In this document: in pieces, positions 1-11,500 of the stretch | How the letters are laid out: each line of letters begins with the position of its first letter | Numbering within the stretch: position 1 is the first letter of the stretch | Source: Balanoglossus misakiensis | Taxonomy: Eukaryota > Animalia > Hemichordata | DNA: 64,000 nt | Direction of reading: 5' to 3' | Assembly (NCBI GenBank): GCA_040954595.2 | Contig: CM082591.2 | Location: 7,430,047 to 7,494,046 of the forward strand | Made by a program: the position numbers and the translations under genes | The notes under the pieces: model-generated | Seen by the model: the letters and a program-made list of their open reading frames with translations, nothing else | Told to the model about the DNA's origin: nothing | The model's database searches: none

Positions 1-957
1 ATTTTTTTAATTTGTTTAAACTTTAAATGTAGTTGAATGTTTAGCTGAGAAAGTGCATCTGTATATGGCACCTTGACTTCATCAATAGCCATAATTTAGT
101 GGCTAACAGTTGTGTTACTACTTAAGTCATTTTATTGAATGCAAGAATTTATGATGGAATTGGACGTAATCCCATGATTGACAGCCAGGTCGGCACATTT
201 TCATGATTGACAATATATATAGTAGTACCTATTTTTGATAGTTATGTAGGTCTCTTACACTAGTAAATGAGTCAGTTTGCAACATATATCTACATGTAAT
301 AAATGGGAATGTGATAAATTTAACACCTGTGTTTTGATTTCAATTAATTGAAGGTAATTATTACCCCCCCCCCCCCCCTCAGGTGACAGACTTCAATCCT
401 TTCATGGCAAAGTACAATTAATCAAAACCTTTATTGTTTACATTTATGAAAGAGACCAGGCACCTATGATTTGCTGGAATATGTGAATATTTCAGGTACT
501 ACTTGATTCATTGCAAAAAATAAACCATTAATAATCTACTTGTTGGCATTATTCATACCTGTTGTTGTCAATTTGGAAATTAACTACATTTACTTTGTTT
601 GCAGTGACACAGTCAAAGTTGACCTTATTTGACCTTCCCCTAGTTACATAGGCTGTCAACAATTTCTCAAAGTGAAACTGAAAAACAATTTCTACTTTAA
701 GTTGAGCAGACGGCAACAAAATTCCAATCACTAAAGAAATATCAAGAACTTTAGTATAAGGTACTAATAACTCTTGAGTTTATGAAGCTGTAGGGCATTT
801 TTTTCAAAGGTTTTTAGATTTGAATAGCTGACATGTTGTCAATGGAGACTGGCAATTGAACTTTGACAGTGTCTTGATCTCGACTGTGTTGGGCCACTGT
901 AAGTAAACTCTTTGTTTTGCACCCTCATGCACATCATTTTGGGTTTCTTTTGTTTTT

Positions 958-1617
958 TATGGGGTGAGATCCCCGCCAAAACTAAAATAATTCGATTAAT
1001 GCTTTTTGCTATTTAGTATTATTGACTATTTTTATCATTATTTGCTAAACATTTATATTTGCATAGATAGGTGCTGATTATTAGCAATTATGTGCTCAAT
1101 TAGAAGCAGGTAAACGATTTAGCGCTGAATTTTTCAAAGCTTTATAATTAGGTGACGAATTATTAGTAGGTAAAATATTTAATGCTGAATTATTAGCAAC
1201 TTTATGATTAGGTCCCGAATCTTTAGTAGGTGAAAAATTTGGTGCTCAGTTATTAGCAGCTTTATAATTAGGTGCCGAATTATTAGTAGGTGAACGATTT
1301 GGTGGTGAATTATTAGCAGCTTTATAATTAGGTGCCGAATTTTTAGTAGGTGAAAAATTTGGTGCTGAATTATTAGCAGCTTTATGATTAGGTGCCGAAT
1401 TATTAGTAGGTAAAATATTTGATGCTGAATTATTTTAGCAGCGTTATTATTAGGTGCCGCATTATTAGTATTAATTGAGCACATAGTTGCTAATAATCAG
1501 CACCTATCTATGCAAATATAAAATGTTTAGCAAATAATGATAAAAATAGTCAATAAAACTAAATAGCAAAAAGCATTAATCGAATTATTTTAGTTTTGGC
1601 GGGGATCTCACCCCATA
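958..1617. mobile_element. Foldback/MITE-type non-autonomous DNA element (~660 bp), copy 1 only
   Basis: ~145-bp near-perfect terminal inverted repeats (TATGGGGTGAGATCCCCGCCAAAACT... / ...AGTTTTGGCGGGGATCTCACCCCATA); GTTTTT on both flanks; empty site in the paralogous region near 28110-28125. Confidence 0.9.
1103..1470. repeat. ~60-bp minisatellite (dimer of ~30-bp subunits) inside the foldback element
   Basis: Successive 60-nt lines read tttat(a/g)attaggt(g)ccgaattattagtagg...gctgaattattagcagc. Confidence 0.85.
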
Positions 1618-2709
1618 GTTTTTTGAAGATTTTTGACAAAGACATGTTTTTCCGACCAGAAAACTCAGTTACAAATTATACATAATTTGATCAAATCACC
1701 TGCAAGGTTGAGGTGTATGTGTTATGAACAATGAAGTTGAAAAGTACTACTTTGATTCTTAAATGAATACTTCTCTGACAAGGATCTAAAATATATAAAT
1801 TCCATGTACTGTATTAAATTTCCTGTGTTTGTTTTTCGATCACTTATTCATAAACCTTTCAAAACTTTGAGTGGACGCAAAACAAAGAATTCACTTTCTT
1901 TGGCCTTATTTTACAGATCACATGACAAGCATTGTGTTAGCTCTAAGGTACTCAAGGCCACTCACTGGAACTTTTCTGCAGTTTTTTTTTCTCCTGGTGA
2001 ACACGGGCCAACTTCCTCGTATAATTTGAGGATTCCTACATTTATCAGTGGACCTGGATCGAAGATCTAACATGTGAAGGAATCAACCGCTCTTTTACAA
2101 CCCCTTTTAAGGTATGAATATACAGTGGAGCTGGTGATTGTCTTGTTTTTTAAGGGAATACATTGAATACATACATATAAGTGACGTGTTGTAAATGGGT
2201 GGCGGCAAAAAGATTCCAAACTCACAACACAGGTATGTGACAAGTACTGAGCAGCTCTGTGGTACTCGATCGGAACCAAACTCTGGGATTTCTCCTCTTT
2301 TTGCCAGTGGGAGCTAGCTCTAGCTTTGAATGGATCAAATGGATTGAAACTCTAACTTCTGAAGGAATCAACCTCTCTGTTACAACATTACTAGGTATGT
2401 GTGATTTATTGTCTTGAAATTCTTTCAGTCCTCAAACTCAACGACTTCTTCATATAACAGAAACACACCCTAAAAAAGAATTCTATTGAAAATAAGTCAC
2501 TAACACTTTTCTTGATTTGAATTCATGGGTCTGAAAAATGTCTATGATTCATCAATGTAAAAACTTTAAGGGACAATTATTTTCACCAACGTGGTACACC
2601 ATGGGTTATACAACATTTATTTTGCTTGGAGATATCCAGACTGCAAACTGGTATATATCACATGACAACCACAAGTAGCGGTAGGCTGTACGGTACTCAT
2701 GTAAGCCTA

Positions 2710-2831
2710 CAATCTGACTGAAATCAGATGTAGGGAACGGCGACATGGTTTTTTATCCATCCAAAGCTAGAGTAGCTCCCACTGGCAAAAAACTACGTTG
2801 CCGTTCCCTACATCTGATTTTAATCAGATTG
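2710..2831. mobile_element. ~120-bp palindromic mini-MITE (paralog ~29208-29329)
   Basis: CAATCTGACTGAAATCAGATGTAGGGAACGGC...GCCGTTCCCTACATCTGATTTTAATCAGATTG, flanked by direct repeat GTAAGCCT(A) at 2701-2708 and 2832-2839. Confidence 0.7.
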
Positions 2832-3450
2832 GTAAGCCTGTAGAACCAAACTCAAAGACATGATTTTGCCTAGTGAGCACTAACGTTCACTACAATTTGT
2901 GGAGATTGTACATTTATAAATGTAGGATTCCTGGCAACAAAGCCATGTCTTTTTGAGAAAATTGTCCACTTTTTTACAGACCTAAGTTGGTAGAGTATTT
3001 TATTGACAGGAGTGATCATTACAACAGCGGCCTACCCCTCAAATTCAATGCCTCCAAATAATTTTTGGTTTCACAGAGCGAGATCTATCTAAAAATAAAA
3101 TTCTACTTTAACTCTACTTTGAAATTCTGTTGACCACTGTAAGATTGAGACAATTTGTTGTGGTCTGGTTTTACACAGACAGTGACCTCATTTGACCTTT
3201 AGGGAGCTGTCTTTAATACAATGTCACATCACATGTAACCCTACATCTACTGAAGCAACTGCATTTAATTTGTCCATTCTTTAAAAAGTGATACAAATGA
3301 CACACCTTCACATCATCCCCACAATTACTGGTCGACTTCTCATTAAAGGCACATAAGCTGCAACTTTTGGGATAATTATCATAATATTTGTTTCAAACTG
3401 AACTACCATTAGTCCATGCAGATGAAGGCAGTGAACAATATACCAGTATT

Positions 3451-3659
3451 TTTTTTATTATTATTATTATTTTATTCATGTACAGTAGGCCACCGGCCCA
3501 AATGTATACATATGATTGATACACACGATATGCACGAGGGTGCCCAACAAAATTAAGCATTTGAGGTTACAAAAACTTAAGTTGAATCAGCTGCTGTATT
3601 TGCTCTTTTCTTCATAGCATAGAAAATGTATTTAGACAGATTTCGTATCACCGTGCTAT
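3451..3659 (-). mobile_element. 5'-truncated non-LTR retrotransposon 3' end (RTE-X-like), copy 1 only
   Basis: 12-bp target duplication TATACCAGTATT (3439-3450, 3660-3671); (TAA)n/A tail on the minus strand; minus strand reads NSTVIRNLSKYIFYAMKKR, resembling a LINE ORF2 C-terminus; absent near 29920. Confidence 0.75.
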
Positions 3660-4101
3660 TATACCAGTATTATAAAGCCTTAATATGAGTGCACATGCAA
3701 GTTTTAACCAGATAAATGATAAAGCTTTGCCGCAAGCAAAAATGGCCGCCACCGTGGGAAAATGCAAGAAACAATGAAAATGTTACATTTCCAGTAATGA
3801 AACTTCATAAACAAAACATGATCTCTTCCACATGAGCTCATGGAAGTAAATGTACACTGCTGAAACATTATATTTTCCTTTTGCATTGTTATATTGCACT
3901 TTTTAAAAATATGCAGGAATTTTCGTTTTTCTTTAATTTCTGGCCATTTTGTCATAAATAAGTGTTGAGCTTGATATATTATCATGTATTATCGTTTTAT
4001 ATAATAATAGACATAATTTAAAGCATATATGAGATTATTTAAAATTTTAATTTTTTTATCCAGTTGCAGCTCATTTACCTTTAATAACAAATTTGCTTTA
4101 A

Positions 4102-5377
4102 AGGGCAGGTATCGTCAGGTATGGGGGCGTTGTTGCGTGGGACTCACTAGCAATGTGACGAGCTCAGAAATCCCATAATCCTGTGCGAATACCAAACTCT
4201 CTAAAATGGCCACCAAAACCCTCGCTAAAACTACTAAAAGCTTTATTTGAGGATTCTTATACTCATTGGAATGACGAATAACTTGTAAACCATGATCACT
4301 ATTCAAATTCGGAATTTACAGCAGAAATTTCAGTGTCGATTGCTCTTCTGAATTTTTGTGAGAGAAGCCTTTGTATCGCACAATGTCCAGCACTTCTGTC
4401 CAGTCGAGACGGTGACGCGCGCAGAACACCGGGCGGCTTGTAAGCTGGCCCTGGAAGAGAGAAGAAACATTGCCGTGTACGATAATCAGCCTCGTAGGGG
4501 AAGACTGCGATGAAAGCAAATTTTGTGAAGATGTAAAAATTACCAGTCACAGTCACTGACTGTTTACAGGTATATACGGTGTTCGACGAGTAATCAACCG
4601 AGAAGAAAACTGCTCGGATTGGCAACAATAATTGCTAGCGATTGCTCAGGTGTGGATAATTAGACCTACAATAGGCGGTCAGATCAGCGATGATTTGCGC
4701 CAGCTAAAACAAATAAATGTATTGTAAAAGATTAATACAACGACAAAGAACTGAGCTAAGGTTTATACCAATGTGTGCTTTCAGTCCGTAGTGAGGTCGA
4801 TTTTGTTGTGGGTCGTCTTTGGTGTCTGCCGTTTTCATTTATACGAGCTATTTTCTCTCGTATTGGCTACGTACAACACGGGCATATATTGATCATCATA
4901 AAATTGTGCCGCAAAATAAAGGCGCACCATCAGAAATACACGAAACTTTCCAGATGAACTGTTTAATAGTGGAAGGTTTGTCACTAAAAGAAACATTTTG
5001 GTTCATGATCAACTTCAGTGTGAAGCACAAGGCTGATTGTGGGGACCAAGCTCTGTGCATGGCAGGGCCGTGTGTCGTACGGCCGATACCTTCACCACAG
5101 CCAGCCCTGCTCACTCAAAATACCGGGCAAAACCTGGCGATTCCCGACCGATCTTTGCGCAGTCATTTTGACTAGAATTTCCGTCTCTGAATCAAAACTC
5201 ATGGACCGATAACCGTTACCGAGCGCACCTCATCCATACGGGACAACGAAAACCCTCTTTGGACTTCATGCGAGAGAAACCACGGCCATCTTGTTCTAGC
5301 TAGCACACAATTTCTGCAGTGCATTGGGGCGAAAGTAATGTTTATCAACAAAGGCTAAATCAGGACGATACCCACCT
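4102..5377. mobile_element. Non-autonomous DNA transposon, TTAA-targeting (Kolobok-like), copy 1
   Basis: TTAA|AGGGCAGGTATCGTC at the left end and GACGATACCCACCT|TTTA at the right end (imperfect TIRs); CpG-richer than flanks; paralog at 31849-33010. Confidence 0.6.
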
Positions 5378-5992
5378 TTTACTTTATGTCCACATCTTAT
5401 TGTGGCACTGTGTAATGGTCCTGGACAGCGACTGACTATTGGCCAGTGTGCACCATGGGACCAAAATAAAAAGCGAAATTTTGGGGTCACCTGTGACACC
5501 TGCTTAACTCATTAATTATGTGCATACCTAATTCCAGGCTAACCAATAGGGCTAGACACTTGGTTTTTATTGGACATGGACAAGTATGGGGTCCAATTTT
5601 TTTGCCCAAGTATTGGGTGACCCGTATATCTTAGCATCCACAGCAGATACAGCATTGACACTTGATGAAATGGATTTGTCATGATTATCTCTATTTGCTT
5701 GGGCCCCTTCAATGCTGCTTGCAGCTTTAATTAATAACAAATTTGCTTTAACTGAAATACAAATTCTTTCTAAACAGGTATTTACTGCACAATACTGGTG
5801 ATTAATAACACGTACAGTGTAAGATTAAGAAATACAATTGAATTCCTTTCTCGAAATAAACAAGAGTCGTCAACATACAGTACATGTTGACAAGTAATTC
5901 AAGGGCTTGCTTACATACAGATAGTCACAGTCTTATGTTTACATTCAACTATACCCCTGTACTATATATTTCTTCCCAGCAGGAATATAAAT

Positions 5993-8519
5993 ATATCAGA
6001 ACCATCTGCAGCACTGGTTATATTGAAATCATGGGACAAGGAGGCAAAGACCTCCCAACCAACTCAAGCTATAATCAAACATCTCAAAGAAAACACACTC
6101 CAGTCTGAGAACATATCTGAATTGCACTGTACTACCCTTGAAGTTGAAGTGAGTGAAGAACAAAAGAAAGCTGCAGAAAGTGTTTGTGCTAATTTGATCC
6201 CAGCTAAAAGAAACAAGTGGTTGGATCCAAAGAAAGATCTACCTGGAGAACACTGGCTCTTCAACCATTGGGTCTACTTTCCAGGACTGAAGGAACTGAA
6301 AAACATCCAACATGTAGTCGGATATTCTCCACAGACAGAGAATGCAGCTGCAGCAATTCAGGAAAGTCTCTTCCCTGAAGCCAAACTTCACCAACTCAGT
6401 CTTCCTGACCCACCACCTGTGGCAGCATTAATGGTCATGCAAACCTGGCAGACAGAATCAGAAGATCAGACAACAACACCAACTCATCAGCTTGTCACTA
6501 AATTTCGAGAAGAAACCCTGAAGTCAGAGAAAGTTTCTCAATCCTACTGTACTACACTTGATGTTGAAGTGAGTGAAGAACAAAGGAAAGATGCAGAGAA
6601 ATTTGATGTTACTTTGATCACAGCTATGAGAGACGAGAGGATGGATCCTCTTGAAGACCCCCCTGGAGTAAACTGGCTTTTTCACCATGGTACATACTTC
6701 CCAGACTTGAAGGGACTGCAAAACATCAAGCATGTAGTGGGGATCATTTCTAAGACAAAAAATGCTGCAGTGGCAATTCATGAAAGTCTCTTCCCTGAAG
6801 CCAAACTTCACCAACTCTCACTTCCTGAACAACCATCTGCAGCGTTACTTCTACTACCAACCTGGGACACAACCTCAGAAGGGCAGATTACAAAACCAAG
6901 TCATATGCTTGTCAATGAGTTCCGTGAAAAGATAAAGTCTGAGAATGTTTCTGAATTCCTCTGTACTACCCTTCAAGTTGAAGTGAGTGAAGAACAAAAG
7001 AAAGAAGCAAAGGGTGTGAATGTCACTTTGATCCCAGCGAAAAGAAACAAGTGGTTGGATCCTCATGAAGACCCCCCTGGAGTACACTGGTTTGCCAGCC
7101 ACAGTATCCACTACCCAGGACTGAAGGAACTGAAAAACATCCAACATGTAGTCGGATATTCTCCACAGACACACAATGCAGCCAAAGCAATTCATGAAAG
7201 TCTCTTCCCTGAAGCCAAACTTCATCAACTCCATCTTCCACATCCACCTCCTGGGGCACTGTTTGTGTATAATGAATGGAACAAAGAAGATTGTGGCTTG
7301 ACTGGGTTTCACAGAACTCTTGTACAAGATTTCTGTAAAAGGAAAGTCAAAGAAGGAAGAGCTTACTCCACTCTGGTTGGTGTCAAAGTCAGTGATGACC
7401 AGAAGGCAGATGCTACCAAGTGTCGGGTTACATTGATTGCAGCACAACAACCAGAAGAGAAAACCGAACCAGAAGATGATCAGCCAAATTTAAAATGGTT
7501 GACGAAATATCATGAAATCTACTACCATCACCTCAGACAGCTACAAAACATAAAGTATGTTGTTGGTTATGCTCCAAGAACGGGATTCGCTGCTGCAAAT
7601 ATCAGAAAAAAATTGTTTCCTGATGCAGAACTAGTGATGATCAACCATGCCTATGAAGAACGCAACTGTCTGTTGAAACAACCAAAAGGGAAGTTTAGTG
7701 AAATGATGCTGAAGCTGGCCAGTGAAGCTGACATCATATTCTCAATTGGTCCAAGTATGTATGAGCATTTCAAGAATGAATACCGGGCTACCTTTGATGG
7801 CAGGGAACTACACATGATCCCTCATGCAGAGATTTTTCCCAGACCTGCTGAAGTCTTTTTCAGAAAAGACCCAACGTTCCTAGATGGAGTGATTACTCAC
7901 AGCATTCTGACATACGGGCAGATTGATACACAAGAAGCCTTGGACAGATGTGAGACAATAGCAGCTGCTATTGGAAGTGCAGCAAACATGGTGAAAGACT
8001 TTCACAACAAACTTCTGAATTGGTCAATACGGGGAGCAGGTGAGGCTGAACTGAAGCATATTCTACAGCAGATGAACAGCAATCATGTAATGGTATATCC
8101 TCACCCAGATTACGCAGAAAAGACCTTAATGATATCAGTGCATCAATCTCACAGTTGTCTTCCTGTCTCTGTCTACAAGGACTATCCATATAGCGGTTTA
8201 GAATCTATAGCAGTTGGACTACCAACCTATCCTGATGAATATTCCCAGCTTGGAAAGTTAGTCAAGAAATACTTTCCATACCACGCAGACAAATTTGTAG
8301 TGTCACACTCATGTGATAAAATTTCAAAGAAGATAATATGGAGTGTCAAGAACACCAGGTTAGCTTTTGAAGAAGCTAAGGAGCTGAAGAAGGCTCTCAT
8401 GGAGTGTGAAGATGTCAACAAGTGTTACGCCAAATTCACCAGTTTGTTGACACCAGAGGAAATAAGGGAACAGGAAGACAGAGTTGACCCATGTGGCAAG
8501 GATACTGAAAATCCTGCAG
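5993..8519 (+). CDS. Large exon: 3 tandem partial GT N-lobe repeats plus GT-B (GT4-like) glycosyltransferase domain
   Basis: Long ORF; three ~140-aa repeats (CTTL.V.VSEEQ.K.A...DPPG..W...H..YFP.LK.L.NI.HVVG...[12 protein letters not shown]); then [34 protein letters not shown] and [10 protein letters not shown] motifs; acceptor ttcccagcag upstream; donor gcag|gtatgg. Confidence 0.8.
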
Positions 8520-11500
8520 GTATGGGACATTATAAATATTTTGCCATCAACGCTTTGGTTCAGGATACAGTTATGTGGTTTTGTTTCTTGACCTGCAAGA
8601 CTATAGTCAATTTTTAATTCTTGACTATCGTATTAGAGGATTAATTCTCCTCAAAACCAATCATGGCTTCTGCAATGTTTGAAGTTTGAATTATCATTTA
8701 AACATTATATACCGGTACATATACAGATCTTAACTATTGGTCTTGTTAGCTCAGCTGCAAATAAATTATTAATATCAACCAGGTGCTTTGTATTTCAAAA
8801 TGCCATATTCCCTTATACAATGAACGGACTACCACAAGTGGTATGTCCATGCATGCTCATACCAAACAGAAATTAAGACTGATGCAGTGTGTGTGTGGAT
8901 GGATAAATTGTGCATATTAGTTCACTATGCAATGTTGTCTCTTACTCAATTGCTTAATTGTTCGTTCTACCTGTCATCACCCATAGATAATCCCACTGAC
9001 ACAAAAATTGCAATCCACGTCCAACTGGATGAAAATGTCTACCAGGAGTATCTAGCAGAAAATGGGGGCCAGAATGAGGAAAGGCAACAGGCAGCATCTA
9101 CAGCTTGGAACAACTGCCAACAAAAGTTGAACAGAAGAGCAGCTGATGTGGTATCCAATAGTGACGACATCAACAAAGTCAAGAAGGCCTGCACTGACAA
9201 ACTGGGTGAAGTGGACATAACAAATATGGAAACAGGGTCTCTGCAAATCACAGCCAACATGCGTAGACTTTATAATCTCTACAGATTGCGGGGAAGCTGT
9301 CTTGAAGATTCAAGAAGTTTAGCCAAGGCATTAGAACCAATCTTGATGACAGATGAAATGACAGAGGCCAACACAGCTGGAATCCCACTACAGTTGATAG
9401 CTACATATGACCAAGCCAGGTTTGATGAACTGGAACTATTCTTTCTGAACAGTAAGATTTGTTTATCAGAGAATGCAATAAATCTCTCAGACTATTGATC
9501 AAACCAGAAAAAAATTCAATTCAGGACAAAATGTGATGGTTGTTAATAATAGCACTTATTGATTAAATGTTCTCCAAAAGAGACAAACATCACTCTGAAA
9601 TCATAGACAATAGAATTATTAAACAGCAGAACTTGATTTGATAAAGATTTAATGGTTAACATATCTACATTCCTCAACATATTATTGTATTATTATCATT
9701 CAGGAGATGGTGGAGGAATAGGACCAGTGGTATGTGACGACAACGTAGACGATGAATATGTCAATGAGATATTGGCTGAGGTATGCATTGTAATTTTAAC
9801 CCTTAAAGTGGCACACCTGATCAATTGCAAGCCAAGTTGCTCTTGCATAATTGTCTTCAAGAGCAATATCAGCTGCACAGGTCAATACCGGTTGACCCGT
9901 TGAGAATCTGGTGACTGTGAGGTATTTGAGTGATGGGTATTATATCATGTGGTCAAAATTGTATTTCTGGGATGTGCACTTCAACAGTTTCCATGTTATT
10001 TATATATAGTTGTCAAATTATAAAAGTGTTCATTTCTTGCAATTTCAGATTGACAGAACACACCTGACTTTGCAACGGGAGTTAACAGAAAAATATTCTG
10101 ACACTGAACACACTGGCCTGAAACAAAGTGAGTGATATTACCATCATTTCAGTCAATGACAACAAACTTACATTTAGGCTTCATAAATATTCAAAGATTC
10201 AAAAAATACTGGCATAAAAGGTGTTTAGATATATCCAAATTTTCCTTGATGATACACATTTGACTTGGCGTTGCACTTACTTTTTTACCACATGAACAAT
10301 GTAGGAAGGTTTTTGTTGTGGCCATAAAAATTGATATCTCGTTATATTTTGTTAACTTGTAATGATGAGCTGTGATATGAAAGAAACAATTGTCAGCCAA
10401 CATTAACATTCTACTATACATTGCACAGTACCGGTACACCATTTGTTCTTTCTGAATCACCAGTTTGATTTGATGCTTGAAAGATTGATGTGCCAAGACT
10501 AAAACCCTGATTTTGTTTGTATTTTGCAGGTGGGATATTATCCAAGTTGTTGTTCCTTGAGATTGATCCGACACGAGAAATCCAAAAGTCAGCTGACAAA
10601 TATGCACCTCTGATACTCAACAGTGAGCAGTGTAAAAGACAGAAAGGAAGAGAGTTTGACATCATACAACTTACAGTGAAAATGACCGAGAAAGTTCAGC
10701 ATATCCTATCTCACAGACCTCAAGTCTTAGAGTTACTGGGTGTTAGAAGGTACCTAATGACTGACACAGAAAGCTTTGATTTCAGTGACTCAGGTAATTC
10801 ACAAATATGATGCAAACAGCACATTTACTTTACAAGGGAAGTATGTTTGTTGCACTTTGTAAAGAAAAGTAAATGGGCACATACACAGCTATGAACTGTG
10901 CAACATGAATGAAACTTTACAATAGTTATGCAATAATATTATTCTCTACGTGTGTGTGACCGCCAAAGCTTTTCCGATATATTCAAAAGTCAGAGTCGAG
11001 TTTCCATGTACGGGTCTTCGGTTTATTATCGATAAATCGATCGAGTGATCGCTGAATGCGACCGTACGAGACTGTACACAATAGTCAAAAGACTTCGAAA
11101 GACGAGACTGTGAACAGACCTCGATGCGAATGGACCGAGAACGAATAATCTATACCGTAATAGACCTTGTCTCGAATAAATCTAGTTAGACCAAGACCGA
11201 GTAAACCTCGGTACGAATAGACCGTAAAAACTGAAACATAAATACAATTACAAAATGTCAAATCGAAATAATTACATGTACGAAAATCGAGAATGATTTC
11301 AATCGAAACAGATATGTGCAAGCAACACAGTTCGATGTACGTGACTGATGTACATGATGTAGACAACTCGTCAAAGTCTGATTACAATAAAGTTTTCACG
11401 AAAATACAATTCATATCTGTAAGAATACCGAAAGATATATTACCTCGCTGGCGACTTGTAAAGCCTTGTGGTCGGGTAGTTTCGAAATACGAATGAAAAA

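Noticed and set aside
1179-1484. 101-aa repetitive ORF on the minus strand
   Set aside because: It is a translation of the minisatellite inside a MITE
6023-8617. Stand-alone 864-aa single-exon gene
   Set aside because: The start is TTG and the tail after 8519 is intron read-through; copy 2 has a stop just past the same donor
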